Below are positions 39,701 to 47,635 of a stretch of DNA of 64,000 nucleotides, one piece after another; the first letter of the stretch is position 1; each line of letters begins with the position of its first letter. The translations under genes and the position numbers were made by a program. The stretch is taken from the IMG/VR virus record IMGVR_UViG_3300032307_000369, positions 124,001 through 188,000 of that record. One strand, given 5' to 3'. The notes under the pieces are model-generated. The model did no database searches, was not told the DNA's origin, and worked only from the letters and a program-made list of their open reading frames with translations.

Positions 39701-41963
39701 AAATAATTGAATTTAAATGGTCGTTGATTTCAGCATAGCTCAAAAATTCAGGAAAATCGTTCGTAGGATTGTTTACCAAGTTAATTGGTGTTTCGTAATA
39801 GCCTTCTTCTTTTTTATCGTAAGTTGGTAATACTCTAATTACTATTACATCGTTTTTAACTAGCACTGATGATAGCGTAATAAAAAACGAATCAAATGCT
39901 GAATCAATTCTAACGTCAAATTCTGTTGCTGTTAATTGTTTTCCATTTTTAAAAACTCTTACGTGTTCTTTAGGAGTTCTAATATCAATACTGTCAAACT
40001 CAAACGCATCTTCACCACCAAGCGCAATACGTTGGTCAATAATTTCTTGGATTGATAACTTATTGCACTTTACCCAGCCATTAACATAATTGTTGTTTTC
40101 TTTTAAAAATCCATTTTTTGTACTGCCTAATACAATTTGACCATTGACAAAATATTCAAATGTGTCTTCTGATAAACAATTCTCAAAAGTATAACCACCA
40201 ACGTTAGAAACAGTTTTGTAAACTAAAGGAAATCCCAAAATGCTGTCGTTGCTTCCAACACCAATTTGATAACCAAATACTCTAGACCCAGAGAAATTTG
40301 TATCTGTGTAGACATCACTGTTAGAAAAACTTATGCCGTTAGAATCAAATATGTCAAACAAAGGAGATTGATTAATCTGTTCTTTTTGTTGTGACTTTAT
40401 CCATTCTCCATTCTTATAAACCCAAGATGTTCTGCCATTCTTAATACCATTGATGACTAACAATCCATCATCTAAATTTGGTAGTGCATCTTCTGTTTCT
40501 TCTAGGTGTAGCTTCTTAACTCCGTTGATATCAATAAATTGCACTTGGAATATTTTATTTTTTACATCTAAGTCAGTATCTGATAGAAACACAATTCTGT
40601 TTCCATCTTCTAACGCTTTTCCGTCAATATAATATCCCAATGATCCTTCAATACTACTAAATGCATCTGTAACTGTATCATCTAAAAAATTAACATACTT
40701 TGTTATTTTAGAAAAATTAAACAGTTGCATATTTGGTCTAAACTCAATGATAGGACGTTGTGCCCTATCAAATGAAGTGAATGTTGGATCAGTACTGTTC
40801 AACAAAGCACTAGTGTTTACCACATCAATATGGAACCATCTATTATATCTGCTCCAAGGATTTTTGTCTTCGCTTGCTCGGTTAATTAAGATATAATCAG
40901 GATTAACAGGATATTCTGAAACTTCATCAAACGGTAACTCATCAAATGATGTTTCATCAAATGATGTTTCAACAATGGTTGAATACCCTTCTATTGTAAG
41001 AAGACTATTGTAATCAACTAAAGTAATACTGTTACCTACTCCTTCAACAATATAAGTTTTGTCTCGATATTTTTCAGGAAACACGGTATCTGAAAATACA
41101 ATTTTCATTCCGTTTGACAAGTGTATACCGTCTTTAATTTCGTAGGTCTTTTTACCTATAATTTCATTTTCAACATCTAACTCTGTATTATCTTTTTGAT
41201 CTCTAATCAAAAATCTACCAAAAAGCGTATTGTCATTTCCGTTAACATAGAACAATGTGCTTGGGGTGCTTTCTACTACGTTAAAAATAACAGATCCAGA
41301 TGTTGTCCCGTTATTTTGTACACCGTCCCAAGAATCAACATCGCCACTACTTCTTTTATTTTTAATATAGAAAGGCTGATCTACAGTATCAACTTCAAAT
41401 ATGTAAGTAAACCCTCTGTACAATGTAATTGTTGGGTTAACAGCAACCTCATTAGTACTAAAATTCCAATTGTCATCAACAATTTTTACTTTAATTGTAC
41501 TAGTTACTTCTTTTTCTTTTCCGCTAATTCTAACGGTTGAAGGCCCGTTAGGCAACCAAACATAGTTTCTAAAATTAACAAATTTATCTAAATCAATAAA
41601 GGTATTCCAAGCATAGCTTTGCTGTCTAAACAACTTGTCTTGATTGCTAGTATCTGCATTAAAATACTTTAAACTATTAATGATGTCTTCAAAAGTTTTA
41701 TTAAATTCGACCTGATCAGTAACTGCATTTTTTGTTACAATCCCTGGTTCCAACTCATAGCGAGTTCTTAGATCAGATCCATCATTAATATATGAATCTG
41801 TTCCAGGCTTATAATTGCCAACTATTTTGTCACCAATAAACCCATCAACTTTCTTTAACGTTGGTTTTTCAATTAATTGGTCTATCGTCCCAGTTAAGAA
41901 CTTTTCATTTGCATCTGTTCTAAAAATTACTGGAAGTAAGTCTACTGATTTTCTTTTACTCAT
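27720..41963 (-). CDS. giant (4747 aa) virion/baseplate protein, gp7-like position
   Basis: Uninterrupted ORF next to gp6. Contains FG-GAP-like propeller repeats, PGxGY repeats and CBM5/12-like W...Y...D.V...Y.C...HTS modules. Confidence 0.75.
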   Translation of the reverse strand: MSKRKSVDLLPVIFRTDANEKFLTGTIDQLIEKPTLKKVDGFIGDKIVGNYKPGTDSYINDGSDLRTRYELEPGIVTKNAVTDQVEFNKTFEDIINSLKYFNADTSNQDKLFRQQSYAWNTFIDLDKFVNFRNYVWLPNGPSTVRISGKEKEVTSTIKVKIVDDNWNFSTNEVAVNPTITLYRGFTYIFEVDTVDQPFYIKNKRSSGDVDSWDGVQNNGTTSGSVIFNVVESTPSTLFYVNGNDNTLFGRFLIRDQKDNTELDVENEIIGKKTYEIKDGIHLSNGMKIVFSDTVFPEKYRDKTYIVEGVGNSITLVDYNSLLTIEGYSTIVETSFDETSFDELPFDEVSEYPVNPDYILINRASEDKNPWSRYNRWFHIDVVNTSALLNSTDPTFTSFDRAQRPIIEFRPNMQLFNFSKITKYVNFLDDTVTDAFSSIEGSLGYYIDGKALEDGNRIVFLSDTDLDVKNKIFQVQFIDINGVKKLHLEETEDALPNLDDGLLVINGIKNGRTSWVYKNGEWIKSQQKEQINQSPLFDIFDSNGISFSNSDVYTDTNFSGSRVFGYQIGVGSNDSILGFPLVYKTVSNVGGYTFENCLSEDTFEYFVNGQIVLGSTKNGFLKENNNYVNGWVKCNKLSIQEIIDQRIALGGEDAFEFDSIDIRTPKEHVRVFKNGKQLTATEFDVRIDSAFDSFFITLSSVLVKNDVIVIRVLPTYDKKEEGYYETPINLVNNPTNDFPEFLSYAEINDHLNSIILNASKDLNTVIDRNNLRDLANLDKYGRRFVQHDGLVSMAGAVIANKEYNLIHSLRWSALEYQRYKTLILQKFIELAEYADIPDALDKIILSIAKDKTPASMFYYSDMLPYGLNKRDYTYTVNDTNIRAYAYGSEIYDRFAFGKKAILVYVNGEQLIIDKDYSFDLDNPLVRFVNTLSVNDKILIRVFNNIHGAVMPMSPTKLGLYPSFEPSIYLDDTYIEPTQVIQGHDGSVTVCFGDDRDQLLLELEKRIFNNLKVEYDPRILDVNEILPSIFRKTGYTSKQFDNAIEDEFLKWIGIYSIDYRANENEIYLNNFGFKYLNSTGIIDRNSFITGSWRKVYKHYYDTDRPHSHPWEMLGFYKKPTWWEAEYGPAPYTSGNDVMWKDLEQGYIRAGVRKGYDEKYARPGLSNIIPVDSYGILKDPIQANTVKDFDYSARYTEWSFGDMGPAETAWRRSDIYPFAVQIAMALIMPAKYATLGFDTSRNVFNIANQIVYKDSLERLSPAALKVFSNTIDNNFVYATGYHPYIVENLRQRFSNPAVRLQDYLNRIQSNLIYKVGGFTSKDKFRVALETVTSYKTVDKVYVPEENYQLVLSTGSPTKTLTMSGIIVERTEAGYMVRGYDSNSPYFAIKKAIHATNDPVISVGGVTEPFIYWSSNATVNAGLVVANGQQYYRAISTHLTKQTFEPGLYYPLPYLPSVGGVEAFVANSFEDVTTIVPYGTKYNSIQDVFDFILGYGEYVKSEGFKFENLLPELDVIADWKLAGKEFLFWSLQNWSTSSVISLSPFAEKIYFTSENSVVDDLYDSFYDYTLLKADGTSIDRNKVSISRQEGSFIIDTAGTTEGVYFVKISLVQKEHVVVFDNKTIFNDLIYEPTSGYRQKRFKIKGFMTDGWKGDFYIPGFVYDSAKINDWEPNIDYEIGNVVRYQTKYYQAKARTLAREIFNYEDWTLLGKQPVAQLLPNFEYKISQFEEFYSLDSVNFDNSQQKYAQKLIGYVPRTYLNSLIPDESSQYKFYQGFIREKGTTLPLEKFAVANNSATGAHISLQEEWAIRLGTFGGENSYEEIEFTLDQNKLNQDPQIFEFEYNDLKSSLDKAYKVPLSDMQIHPADYNGRPWPTLDVSPVNGNGYSQYQKIPSAGYVRLDDVVFTGLYENNILTLSSSSSLREGDTVWLAIDNSGNWGVKRYTLSPVTIINYTVDNANNLISFNTDVAHKLKLRDFVSISRLDDPLNGVYEVIGIPDGTTFVVKTAFNDIPAAGEILTGSMYYFATSRFSKLDDLASIPGLARWQNCEFVWVDDVGDGTWAVLEKEANTKALPIRPRINQSGQKFGNTTIIAPVSKNIIVSATELERGRVYVYERNALGSEDIILHQSYLLEENFSDILTIQDVKNGVGVPEMQRLHGASLDCWENTALTIRYIVSGAPNSSNAKWKVLGQSVEPIRKVLEFNKSSSELFEEGAIKIVKFNNELDAYRTEAVLASPIAQAEAKFGHKVKFVGSDKPTLLVSAPGQDGGLGAIFVYYLDSNNLWQVYTVGGNPYNIRSEVTNINSKSNFGSDIVCNKDGTILAVSAPDHVKDRTQVHSGAVFIFRKDAGSYSYQLSQTIYADDYLESDDLLLKGVIKSYNTVAQIISFQASDNSLVRNTGSFIADGFRIGQAVIINGSTNASNNGEFVISELSVLRMAFKPLRLLNDETATTTITITGQGTIRNDRFGDKLSMSADGTTLLISSDHSSTEKLDAGLVYVLKLQLNSSYALDQKITSPATETGELFGSNLALSEDGNTLLVTAIGGGQATPVAFDTYTERYVDSEERYGSEYTLNPTSTAAALRTTFDSGSTRFVSKAVASGAVYLYQRLGTKYVFGESLISGDSASFDGYGTGIATDGEFILVGAPRYDLKVIGTLEDSNQLTTYTDSGTVVIFDKKRDIEQACGCGSSWSWSKVRVQEPIIDTDKIKKVISYDNNTLEIVDYYEIYDPVKGKLPSKVLNEIKYIQPFDPAIYTVALETSAKVRVDNKTTWLDDHVGEVWLDTSTLRFVWYEQGDNEFRANNWGKLFPGSTVDVYEWVKSDFRPSEWAQLADTTDGLALGVSGQPLNPDNTVLSINQYFDPVVNDFVNVYYFWVRNKITLPDLEFRNMTSFDCARIIEDPKGQGIKFASFLATNSLSLTNAKKSLNGNKINIDVYYQTSDKEINRHSHWQLVNENVTYLNLDPSIENKLIDSLVGQDVAGNPVPDPEVSPKLRYGTSYRPRQSWFKDRDLALKIMIEYVNEILLKHDIVGKANLAELEKVEDYPSISLGHYDEVIELSDEISSIGTNGKVQTKLSATVVNGKIVRVNIDDPGNGYKVAPTVQIYGTGQGANIQTAIDLNGRVVSVRIVNQGYGYTETPKLIARPYSVLTVLDTEIDKWAIYQYKNKSFVRESTQTINVPKYWSYVDWVDPSYAVDVPATYATNFISDLESFIFETGSTVEIRTPGDGRRIIVRKTTAGTGNYLDDYDLVFRENGTVQFNNKLYDKIAAGLGFDNVTRYDQGGFDETNTTELRIILNAIKDNIFVGDLASYWKKFVFVAIRHVLSEQLFVDWVYKTSFITPFVDAGTLDQDDVYRFNDFSYVEDFIKEIKPYKSKFRESTVGYNTIEKIGVGVTDFDLPAYVDSITGAIKLPTTSMINNVYPYKHWGENYGFTVSDIRIGLTGQNYITPPIVTIVPVGGDPGTGATAIAKISNGKLSSIIVTNPGRGYLTTPKVILTGGSNYLADFVNGSAYAVLSNSKVRSNQIQMKFDRTSDTGLYTGEILNRNVDTDGVTLNYVLTYPSTNTDTNYPALQDESTIKLFLNDAEISADNYRITFRNDLSTVITFNLALPARQNLRIQYIKNTLYTVDTFTQSSGESYTDTFKLTFPPDLDTDKIIVRELNASTNTGSEIITSDYLIQLKQIIENGFTKYVGYIKFKNIPNPGSTITVQYAKNINIQNAVDRIITSYYPTANMPGKDVTQLIKGVEFGGVEIQGLNFTVSSGWDGLPWFTQGWDTFVNSYKDLLVISDGTTTTYDLGYTPLLGTKINVYFDGVRVDDENYGTVDQTNSDALFKTITTSGSTSTLTLPQVPSSGIKIEIRQELSDGVNLPTDDIVLDTNITGGDFSTILDAGEIRFRTATGLSATDISLDGGEFLSVEHSPSTEELVKGEIFDTLSMTVFNSPGAGSNLISTKQFIMDGSTMQFVIQDTIGSGQEIFVLIGNFVAKENTDYTLTSNVNGTTTVTIITNEYGIDQLSATNTLALTVQKTTIGGSNILSRFSYTVTSANASATSFEILSDINYQDIGSYYISISNTSSITKAAGRSKRAKIIITNTPTLTAGTVINILLFGSTVKTYSEIYNQEIVIDNNTTYTLTKPPGNIAPLHVMAAVTRLTSSTEDWKGPWLENVYYTINDTVLYNNVSYICKIGHTSTQTNSELVFPAWASTVSYDVNDIVSFSGQYHICKVAHTSNTTTLTPDNIIYWGVHITNRPDEDTSRIYWGLTPTQRMMPPETEYYEVTQNSQTFRLGENIPYLTRTLSISDIEVYKNGKIIVVGRDYEFNTVNNTITMSSGVAQVGDVVAVCVLRDSDYVIFGNQITFRSPAKIQVGQRVSVVTYTNHDENLIRREVFKTNPNRNEYKLSRPVYNINNVWVDVNGRPLIPNYDYQVVDKDYIQISNRFNLGNNDRVVVTSISDIVSSEAVSYRMFKDMTNAVQFKRLSKNSTVTLTKALMSTDREIEVSDTSIFGVVNVNNPKPSSIFIAGERIEFRSIVGNKLTNLTRGTLGTGVADSYPVGTKVFNVGNNETIPYREGYTIKTYKTPENYKFNQTTNRYQQYVNGNWVNVTTVASYTLTDFTFNDTIGLEDQVTVYMAGKVLTKPVRGSNQLIKHDFSITHNSDEVNSQGQSGDLTAAPDFVIEKVGNNYVLTVNPSVLSLNSDSTVISNVDIKVVQKIGKIWYTLGGTTTIQQESTPQARFLQEFTSELPDKYYYGKLS

Positions 41964-41966
41964 TTT

Positions 41967-44900
41967 TTATCCATTACTAGAAACGACAATTGGGCCATTA
42001 GTTTTAATAAGTCCTGATGTTACTGTATTAATTATTTCTAAGTCACCTACGTCAGCTGTACTTAAGAAGATTTCATCAGCTTGACAAAACACTTGGAATA
42101 AACTACCAAAATATTTTTCTGGAGCACTTGGTACTATTAAAAAGTTTACTATGTCTGGGCTTAGTTGTTTTATAACATAAGCACTCAATTCTCCAAAATT
42201 AAACGTATCTCCAAAGTCCCAGTTATCTAAACTGAAGTATTCATTGATAGCAACAATAACTCTAGATTTTATATCATTATCATTGGTTACAGATTTTGAA
42301 TTTTTAACAATGAAAAACTTTGCTTGCAAATCAACATTAGCTCCTGTACCAAATAATAACTTATATTTGGCAGGATGGTAAACTATTTCATCACTAATCG
42401 ATTTAACTGAATTTAACCCAGAACTAAATTGTTCAAATAATTCATTTGAGCTAGGGGCCTTAGGTGGCTCACCGTTTTGTGTTAGTAACCAAGAACGTAA
42501 TTGGTCGTCATAATTTTTTGTTAACAAATAAACATCAATAATATTAGTCTTGCAAGGATCAATTCGATAATCTTGGCTTGCTGTATGTACATATTGGAAT
42601 GTTAATCCAGATCGTCCTGGATATGCAACTATACTGTTATCCAGCACTAAGCTAAAAGAACTATCTAACACCTTAATGACGTTTTCTGTAGGGGCATAGA
42701 AGTAAAAAAGCTGCCCTGGAAGATAATTGTTTAGGTTAGACACATCTAATTCACTGTTAAAAGTTGCAACTAAAGAGCTGTCAACAATTTTTTTATAAAT
42801 TTGATCATTAAGCTGTACACTTTGTACAAACACAAACGAACGCTTAGTGCCAAGTATTGGATCTAGTAAATTAGGTTTAACAACATTTTCAAAAGAATCA
42901 GGATCATCAACAATTCCGTCACCTGTTTCATCAGAAAAAGAAATATTAATTCTGTTGTTGTCTAAGTACCCGTCAACATTTGAAATCATGTTAGTAATTT
43001 CAAATTTAAAATCTGACCCTAACGCTAGCCCTGTTTCAAGGTCTTCATTGATTGAAAGCACTGTTACATAGTCAGTTGCTGTGCCGCCCAACTTACTGGT
43101 GTATTTTTTGTCTTGTTCATTAAAGTAAAAACTTATTTCTTTTTCACTTTGGAATATATACTCTAAACCACGATAGTAAACAATCACATTATCGCCATCA
43201 TTCTTAAACGCAATTAGCCAGCTAGCATCTAATCCTAAATTACTGATGTCGCCTGAATAAGTCGTGCTAAAAGTATCAGTATAGTCAAGATTGTTAGAGT
43301 TAATAATCTTCCACTCGCCGCTATTTCTATCATATCTTAAACCAAAATCTCTTCTTAAAGAAATTTGATTAACAATCTCAGTCTCAAAAGCAAACGGAAT
43401 GTCTGTAACAAATACTGGTATAACTTCTGATGGGATAGCTCCACTTGGGACTGATGTAGAAATTCCAACAAGTCCCACTCCAAGATCATCAGTGCCCGTA
43501 CCTAAATTACTACCATCACCAGACGTATAAGAAACTTCTGTCCAAATATAATCTTTAGTATTCTTAGTCTTAGTTGAAGTTAATGTATTATTTGGAGCAA
43601 AATACTTGCCTGCTGGAGGTACAAATTTTACCAGTGCTTCTGATTTAATAAATCGTAATGTTGACTGAGTATATTGTCCAATGCCAACTGCTTGAAGAGT
43701 TGCATTACTTTTAAAATAGCCTGTTGAAAGATTTGGCAACACTGACACATTTTGCCAACTAGCACCAATCTCACCAATTGACAATCTGTCAAATTGTTGA
43801 TAATAGAAATCTCTTGTTGACTCTTTTGCAAGTAAAGGTTCAATTAGGGTTTTCATAATACCGTAAACTTCATTCTTAGTATTAAATTTAAAATTAAAGC
43901 TGGTTGTATAGTCGTTTCTATAAAGTGCGCCGTCTGTACCAAATAAATTAATTGAACTAGAACGCCCAGTTGGGTCAGTCAATTCAAAATATCTACTGAT
44001 ACCAGAACTTGTTCTGTTGATTGCTTTAACTTTTACAACTTGCTGATTACTAGTTAAAGGAACAATATTATAATCTTCCCCAGTAATCATTCTATTTTGT
44101 GTATAATAGACTTGCGGGGCTTTTTGTTTAATACTGTCATTAGTTTCTGATGCGGCACTATTTGAAACACTGCCTTTTAGGCCCAGATTCATAGTCAAGG
44201 TTTGTGCCTGACCGGCTCTGTTTAAAAACGGAAATCTAATTTGTACGTTGTCTAAGTCTTGTGGGGTAATCACATAACTTAGGCCATTACTGGTTCTGTA
44301 GTAGAGTCTAAAATTTCCATTAGGAAGTTTACCAAAAACACCGTCACTAAAGTTTAAATCAATTTGATCATTTTCTCTTGTGTTAACACTATAGAAACTT
44401 TTAACTTTATTTTTTACACTGTTATAAATTGCATTAGTGCCTGTAACGCTGTCCAACTTTGTCCATAGATTTGACATTGTATTATTAGCGTCAATTTCAT
44501 AAAGCCAAACATCTGTATCATTAATATTTTGAATATCAACGCCAACAATTTCGTTAGCCACAGGGTTAGTCAAAGAAAAATCTGAATTTTGTAGTGTTCC
44601 TTCCTTAAACATAACAAACCAACCACTGTTAGTACTAGAACTTCCTTTGTTGTCGTTTCTGTACATTACCCCAAATGTTCCGCCAAGAGTTGGTGCTTCT
44701 TCGCCAATATCAGTTCTATCAATAATGCTAGAACTCACAAGTTCAAATGACATTGGGATTCCGCCAATTGTTTTGCTGAAAGAGAACAATGGGACATCTG
44801 TTGTATTTGTTCTTAAGTTATATTGTTCTGTAGGGATACTATTAATTGATCTGCTGGCATTTGGTTTGCCAAAGACCGCAGTGTCCATTGCAGAATTCAT

Positions 44901-45377
44901 CACTAGAGTGAACTGTGAGTACCAGTCCCTGTTGGTAGAGTCATTCCAAGAAATTACTCTATTAGCAAGGTTTGTTCCATTAGCGTCTGTTAGGTTATCT
45001 GTTGTACTTACAGAATTAACTTTTAATAAACCTTTAGCAGATTGTGTTCTTTTAGGATTGTAACTGATCAACTTGGCTAGTTTTAAAATACTGTCTCTTC
45101 TTTGAGCCGTATCTAAAAAGTTTTCACGTGCATTTAAATCAATACGGAAGCTCAAACTTTGCGCCAAGAACGCAATCATGTCTATTAACGCAACATATTC
45201 ACTGCTGTCAATATAGTCGTTAAAACTCTCAGGGAAGTTTTGACGAAGGTACTCAATCATACTACGACGAATCGTCTCAAAATCGTAGGATTTAAAGTCG
45301 GCATTTTGGAACGTTTGATAAATCTTGGTCCAATCCTCGCCAACTAATAAATTATTTTGTCTTTCTGTGCTAGCCAT
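41967..45377 (-). CDS. baseplate wedge protein gp6-like
   Basis: DFETIR...FNDY...ENFLDTAQRRDSILKLAKLISYNPKR and QNRMITGEDY motifs. Confidence 0.85.
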   Translation of the reverse strand: MASTERQNNLLVGEDWTKIYQTFQNADFKSYDFETIRRSMIEYLRQNFPESFNDYIDSSEYVALIDMIAFLAQSLSFRIDLNARENFLDTAQRRDSILKLAKLISYNPKRTQSAKGLLKVNSVSTTDNLTDANGTNLANRVISWNDSTNRDWYSQFTLVMNSAMDTAVFGKPNASRSINSIPTEQYNLRTNTTDVPLFSFSKTIGGIPMSFELVSSSIIDRTDIGEEAPTLGGTFGVMYRNDNKGSSSTNSGWFVMFKEGTLQNSDFSLTNPVANEIVGVDIQNINDTDVWLYEIDANNTMSNLWTKLDSVTGTNAIYNSVKNKVKSFYSVNTRENDQIDLNFSDGVFGKLPNGNFRLYYRTSNGLSYVITPQDLDNVQIRFPFLNRAGQAQTLTMNLGLKGSVSNSAASETNDSIKQKAPQVYYTQNRMITGEDYNIVPLTSNQQVVKVKAINRTSSGISRYFELTDPTGRSSSINLFGTDGALYRNDYTTSFNFKFNTKNEVYGIMKTLIEPLLAKESTRDFYYQQFDRLSIGEIGASWQNVSVLPNLSTGYFKSNATLQAVGIGQYTQSTLRFIKSEALVKFVPPAGKYFAPNNTLTSTKTKNTKDYIWTEVSYTSGDGSNLGTGTDDLGVGLVGISTSVPSGAIPSEVIPVFVTDIPFAFETEIVNQISLRRDFGLRYDRNSGEWKIINSNNLDYTDTFSTTYSGDISNLGLDASWLIAFKNDGDNVIVYYRGLEYIFQSEKEISFYFNEQDKKYTSKLGGTATDYVTVLSINEDLETGLALGSDFKFEITNMISNVDGYLDNNRINISFSDETGDGIVDDPDSFENVVKPNLLDPILGTKRSFVFVQSVQLNDQIYKKIVDSSLVATFNSELDVSNLNNYLPGQLFYFYAPTENVIKVLDSSFSLVLDNSIVAYPGRSGLTFQYVHTASQDYRIDPCKTNIIDVYLLTKNYDDQLRSWLLTQNGEPPKAPSSNELFEQFSSGLNSVKSISDEIVYHPAKYKLLFGTGANVDLQAKFFIVKNSKSVTNDNDIKSRVIVAINEYFSLDNWDFGDTFNFGELSAYVIKQLSPDIVNFLIVPSAPEKYFGSLFQVFCQADEIFLSTADVGDLEIINTVTSGLIKTNGPIVVSSNG

Positions 45378-45400
45378 TCTTCGTCAATCTCCGATATTCA

Positions 45401-45407
45401 TATTTAT
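45401..45407 (-). promoter_or_regulatory. late promoter
   Basis: ATAAATA upstream of a GGAG SD and the gp6 start. Confidence 0.6.
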
Positions 45408-45431
45408 CGTAATTAAAATATGCTTACTTAA

Positions 45432-45866
45432 TTACTCAGTGATCAAACCTAACTCTTTGTCAAATGTCAACTTAAGGACAGATGACAAATTTTCTGTTTG
45501 ATATCTTAATGTTATTTCTAATAATATGCCACTTTGGAATTCATCAACCTTGATATCTTCAGCGATAACTCGTGGATCATTTTGTATGATCTGTTTGATA
45601 TCATCAGATATTGCGTTTCTTAGATCTTCAGTCAATGGTTCAAATATAGCGTCCCATATAATGGTACCATAGGTTGGGTTCATTACTCTTTCGCCCTTCC
45701 TTGTACTAAAATGATTTATGATATCCTGTTTGATACACTCAATATCATATATTTTAAAATTTTGTGAAGCTTTTGAGCTACTAAATCCTTTATAGACATG
45801 CGCAGTACGCACTCCATAATTCATAGTGGTAGCAGTTGGTTTTATTACTAATTTTTTAATAGCCAT
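45432..45866 (-). CDS. baseplate wedge protein gp25-like
   Basis: TRKGERVMNPTYGT...FEP...DPRV motif. Confidence 0.9.
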   Translation of the reverse strand: MAIKKLVIKPTATTMNYGVRTAHVYKGFSSSKASQNFKIYDIECIKQDIINHFSTRKGERVMNPTYGTIIWDAIFEPLTEDLRNAISDDIKQIIQNDPRVIAEDIKVDEFQSGILLEITLRYQTENLSSVLKLTFDKELGLITE

Positions 45867-47635
45867 TATATTGGTCCGTCCCTTCCTGTTTTTTCAGGCT
45901 TGTAAGCCGTTGGGTTAATGTTTTCATGATCGTCCCATGGTTCATGTGTTGGAACTCGACGCATTATACTACTAATTTTTGTGGCAGCGTAGAAATTATT
46001 GTTTTCCCAACCTTTTTGCATGTCACTTGTTGCATTTTTATCTGCTGTTCTTCCTGAAAGAGAGAATCTATCTAGTGTAACTACACTTGTTGCCGCTTCA
46101 GGAAGTATTGAAAGTGCATCTAACGCCAACGCCAAATTTGTTCCAGCAGTAGTATTTGGTGGGAAAGGAGCAGGTCCGTTCATATCAATTAACGTAGCTC
46201 TTTCGTAGTGGGTAGTGCCAGAAAATAGTACATTGGACGCAAGTGCTGTGATATAATTATTCAATCCTGAAGTTATTGATGTTGTACCAACAGTGTCAAT
46301 TGTTGTTGCGGCGCCTGATAATACTGTTAGTCCTTTGCCAGATTTTAAATTAATCTCTCCCAATGCTTGTTGTTTAATTTGTGTAGTAGCATACATGTTG
46401 ATGTTGCCAAGCGCAGAATATAAATCAATTCCTGACAACGGTCCAGCTTGCGTTGGGTTAGTACTTGCTCCAGTCGATGTTAAACGTATGCGACCTAATG
46501 CACTGGCATTAAAGTGATTGGCAGCAGTCCAGTTACAATCTAATCCAGCAAAACCCTCAATTAGTCCAGATGCTTCAAAATGCATGGATCCTTGTGCGGC
46601 AACTATATTAACATTACTGCCTGCTTCAAAGTTAATATCTCTGTCAGCTCTAAAATTGAAATCATTTTCACTGTGTATGCTTATACTGTCAGCGGCATAG
46701 ATATCAATTTTTCCATCACTTGTGAATTCTAACCAAGCAGTTCCTCTACTGTTACAAATATAAATTAAATCACTCGAATTATGTAAAAGTATTTGGTGAC
46801 CAGTACGTGTGCGTAATCGTACTAGCTCATCTAAAATACCTTCTTTTTTAGATTTTTCATCTTTGCCAACGTAACCATCATCCATTACAAACTGTGTTCC
46901 GCCTTCACGTTCAACGTAGGCAGGCTTTGGTTCTTTTTGTGTTCCAAATTGATATTGTTTGCCACCTACTACAACAGGCCCAGGTGTTGAAATTCCGTAA
47001 ACATTACTGATCGTACTACGTCTTGCACTACTGGTAGTAGTTCCTCTTATAGGATCTTTTAACAAACCCTGCGTTGCAAGTCGCAATGTAAAAGGATGCA
47101 TGGCCTTTTTTACAATGTCAGGTTTAGAATTGTCTCTGCCTTGAACTCTCTTGTTAACTTCAACAACAGGAACAACAGCAGTGTCGCTAGTAAATCCTAA
47201 CTTAGTTTTTTCTTGTGGGGTTAGTTCTGCATATTGACTTGCGGCAATGCCTGGAACCATTTGATTAATTCCTGGTTCAGGAACACACGCTAGCCAAAAA
47301 CATTGTTCCCTATCACCCTCAATAAAAATAATGATAACTTTTGTACCAATATCTGGAGGGACAAACCACATGCCATAGCTTTGTTGTGAACTAGATGCAT
47401 TACGTAAATTTGCATCAGTTGCTTCATACGCAGTATATCCAAAAAAGTGCGGAGCATATCTTGGATATACTCTAACAGCGTCTGCTACTTCTTGTCCGTC
47501 TCCGCCTTTTCGTAAAATTACACACTCCAATGTTCCCATTCTAGTACTGTCGTTATGACCTACTACTCGAGCAATGTATGGTCCACTGTTATTAGTAGTT
47601 ATTGAAGGGTGTTGCGTACTATTTTTTAGTTCCAT
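45866..47635 (-). CDS. baseplate central spike gp5/VgrG-like (no lysozyme domain)
   Basis: OB-fold (D..RMG...PPDIGTKV..F..GD), RTRTGHQI, then beta-helix repeats. Confidence 0.8.
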   Translation of the reverse strand: MELKNSTQHPSITTNNSGPYIARVVGHNDSTRMGTLECVILRKGGDGQEVADAVRVYPRYAPHFFGYTAYEATDANLRNASSSQQSYGMWFVPPDIGTKVIIIFIEGDREQCFWLACVPEPGINQMVPGIAASQYAELTPQEKTKLGFTSDTAVVPVVEVNKRVQGRDNSKPDIVKKAMHPFTLRLATQGLLKDPIRGTTTSSARRSTISNVYGISTPGPVVVGGKQYQFGTQKEPKPAYVEREGGTQFVMDDGYVGKDEKSKKEGILDELVRLRTRTGHQILLHNSSDLIYICNSRGTAWLEFTSDGKIDIYAADSISIHSENDFNFRADRDINFEAGSNVNIVAAQGSMHFEASGLIEGFAGLDCNWTAANHFNASALGRIRLTSTGASTNPTQAGPLSGIDLYSALGNINMYATTQIKQQALGEINLKSGKGLTVLSGAATTIDTVGTTSITSGLNNYITALASNVLFSGTTHYERATLIDMNGPAPFPPNTTAGTNLALALDALSILPEAATSVVTLDRFSLSGRTADKNATSDMQKGWENNNFYAATKISSIMRRVPTHEPWDDHENINPTAYKPEKTGRDGPI

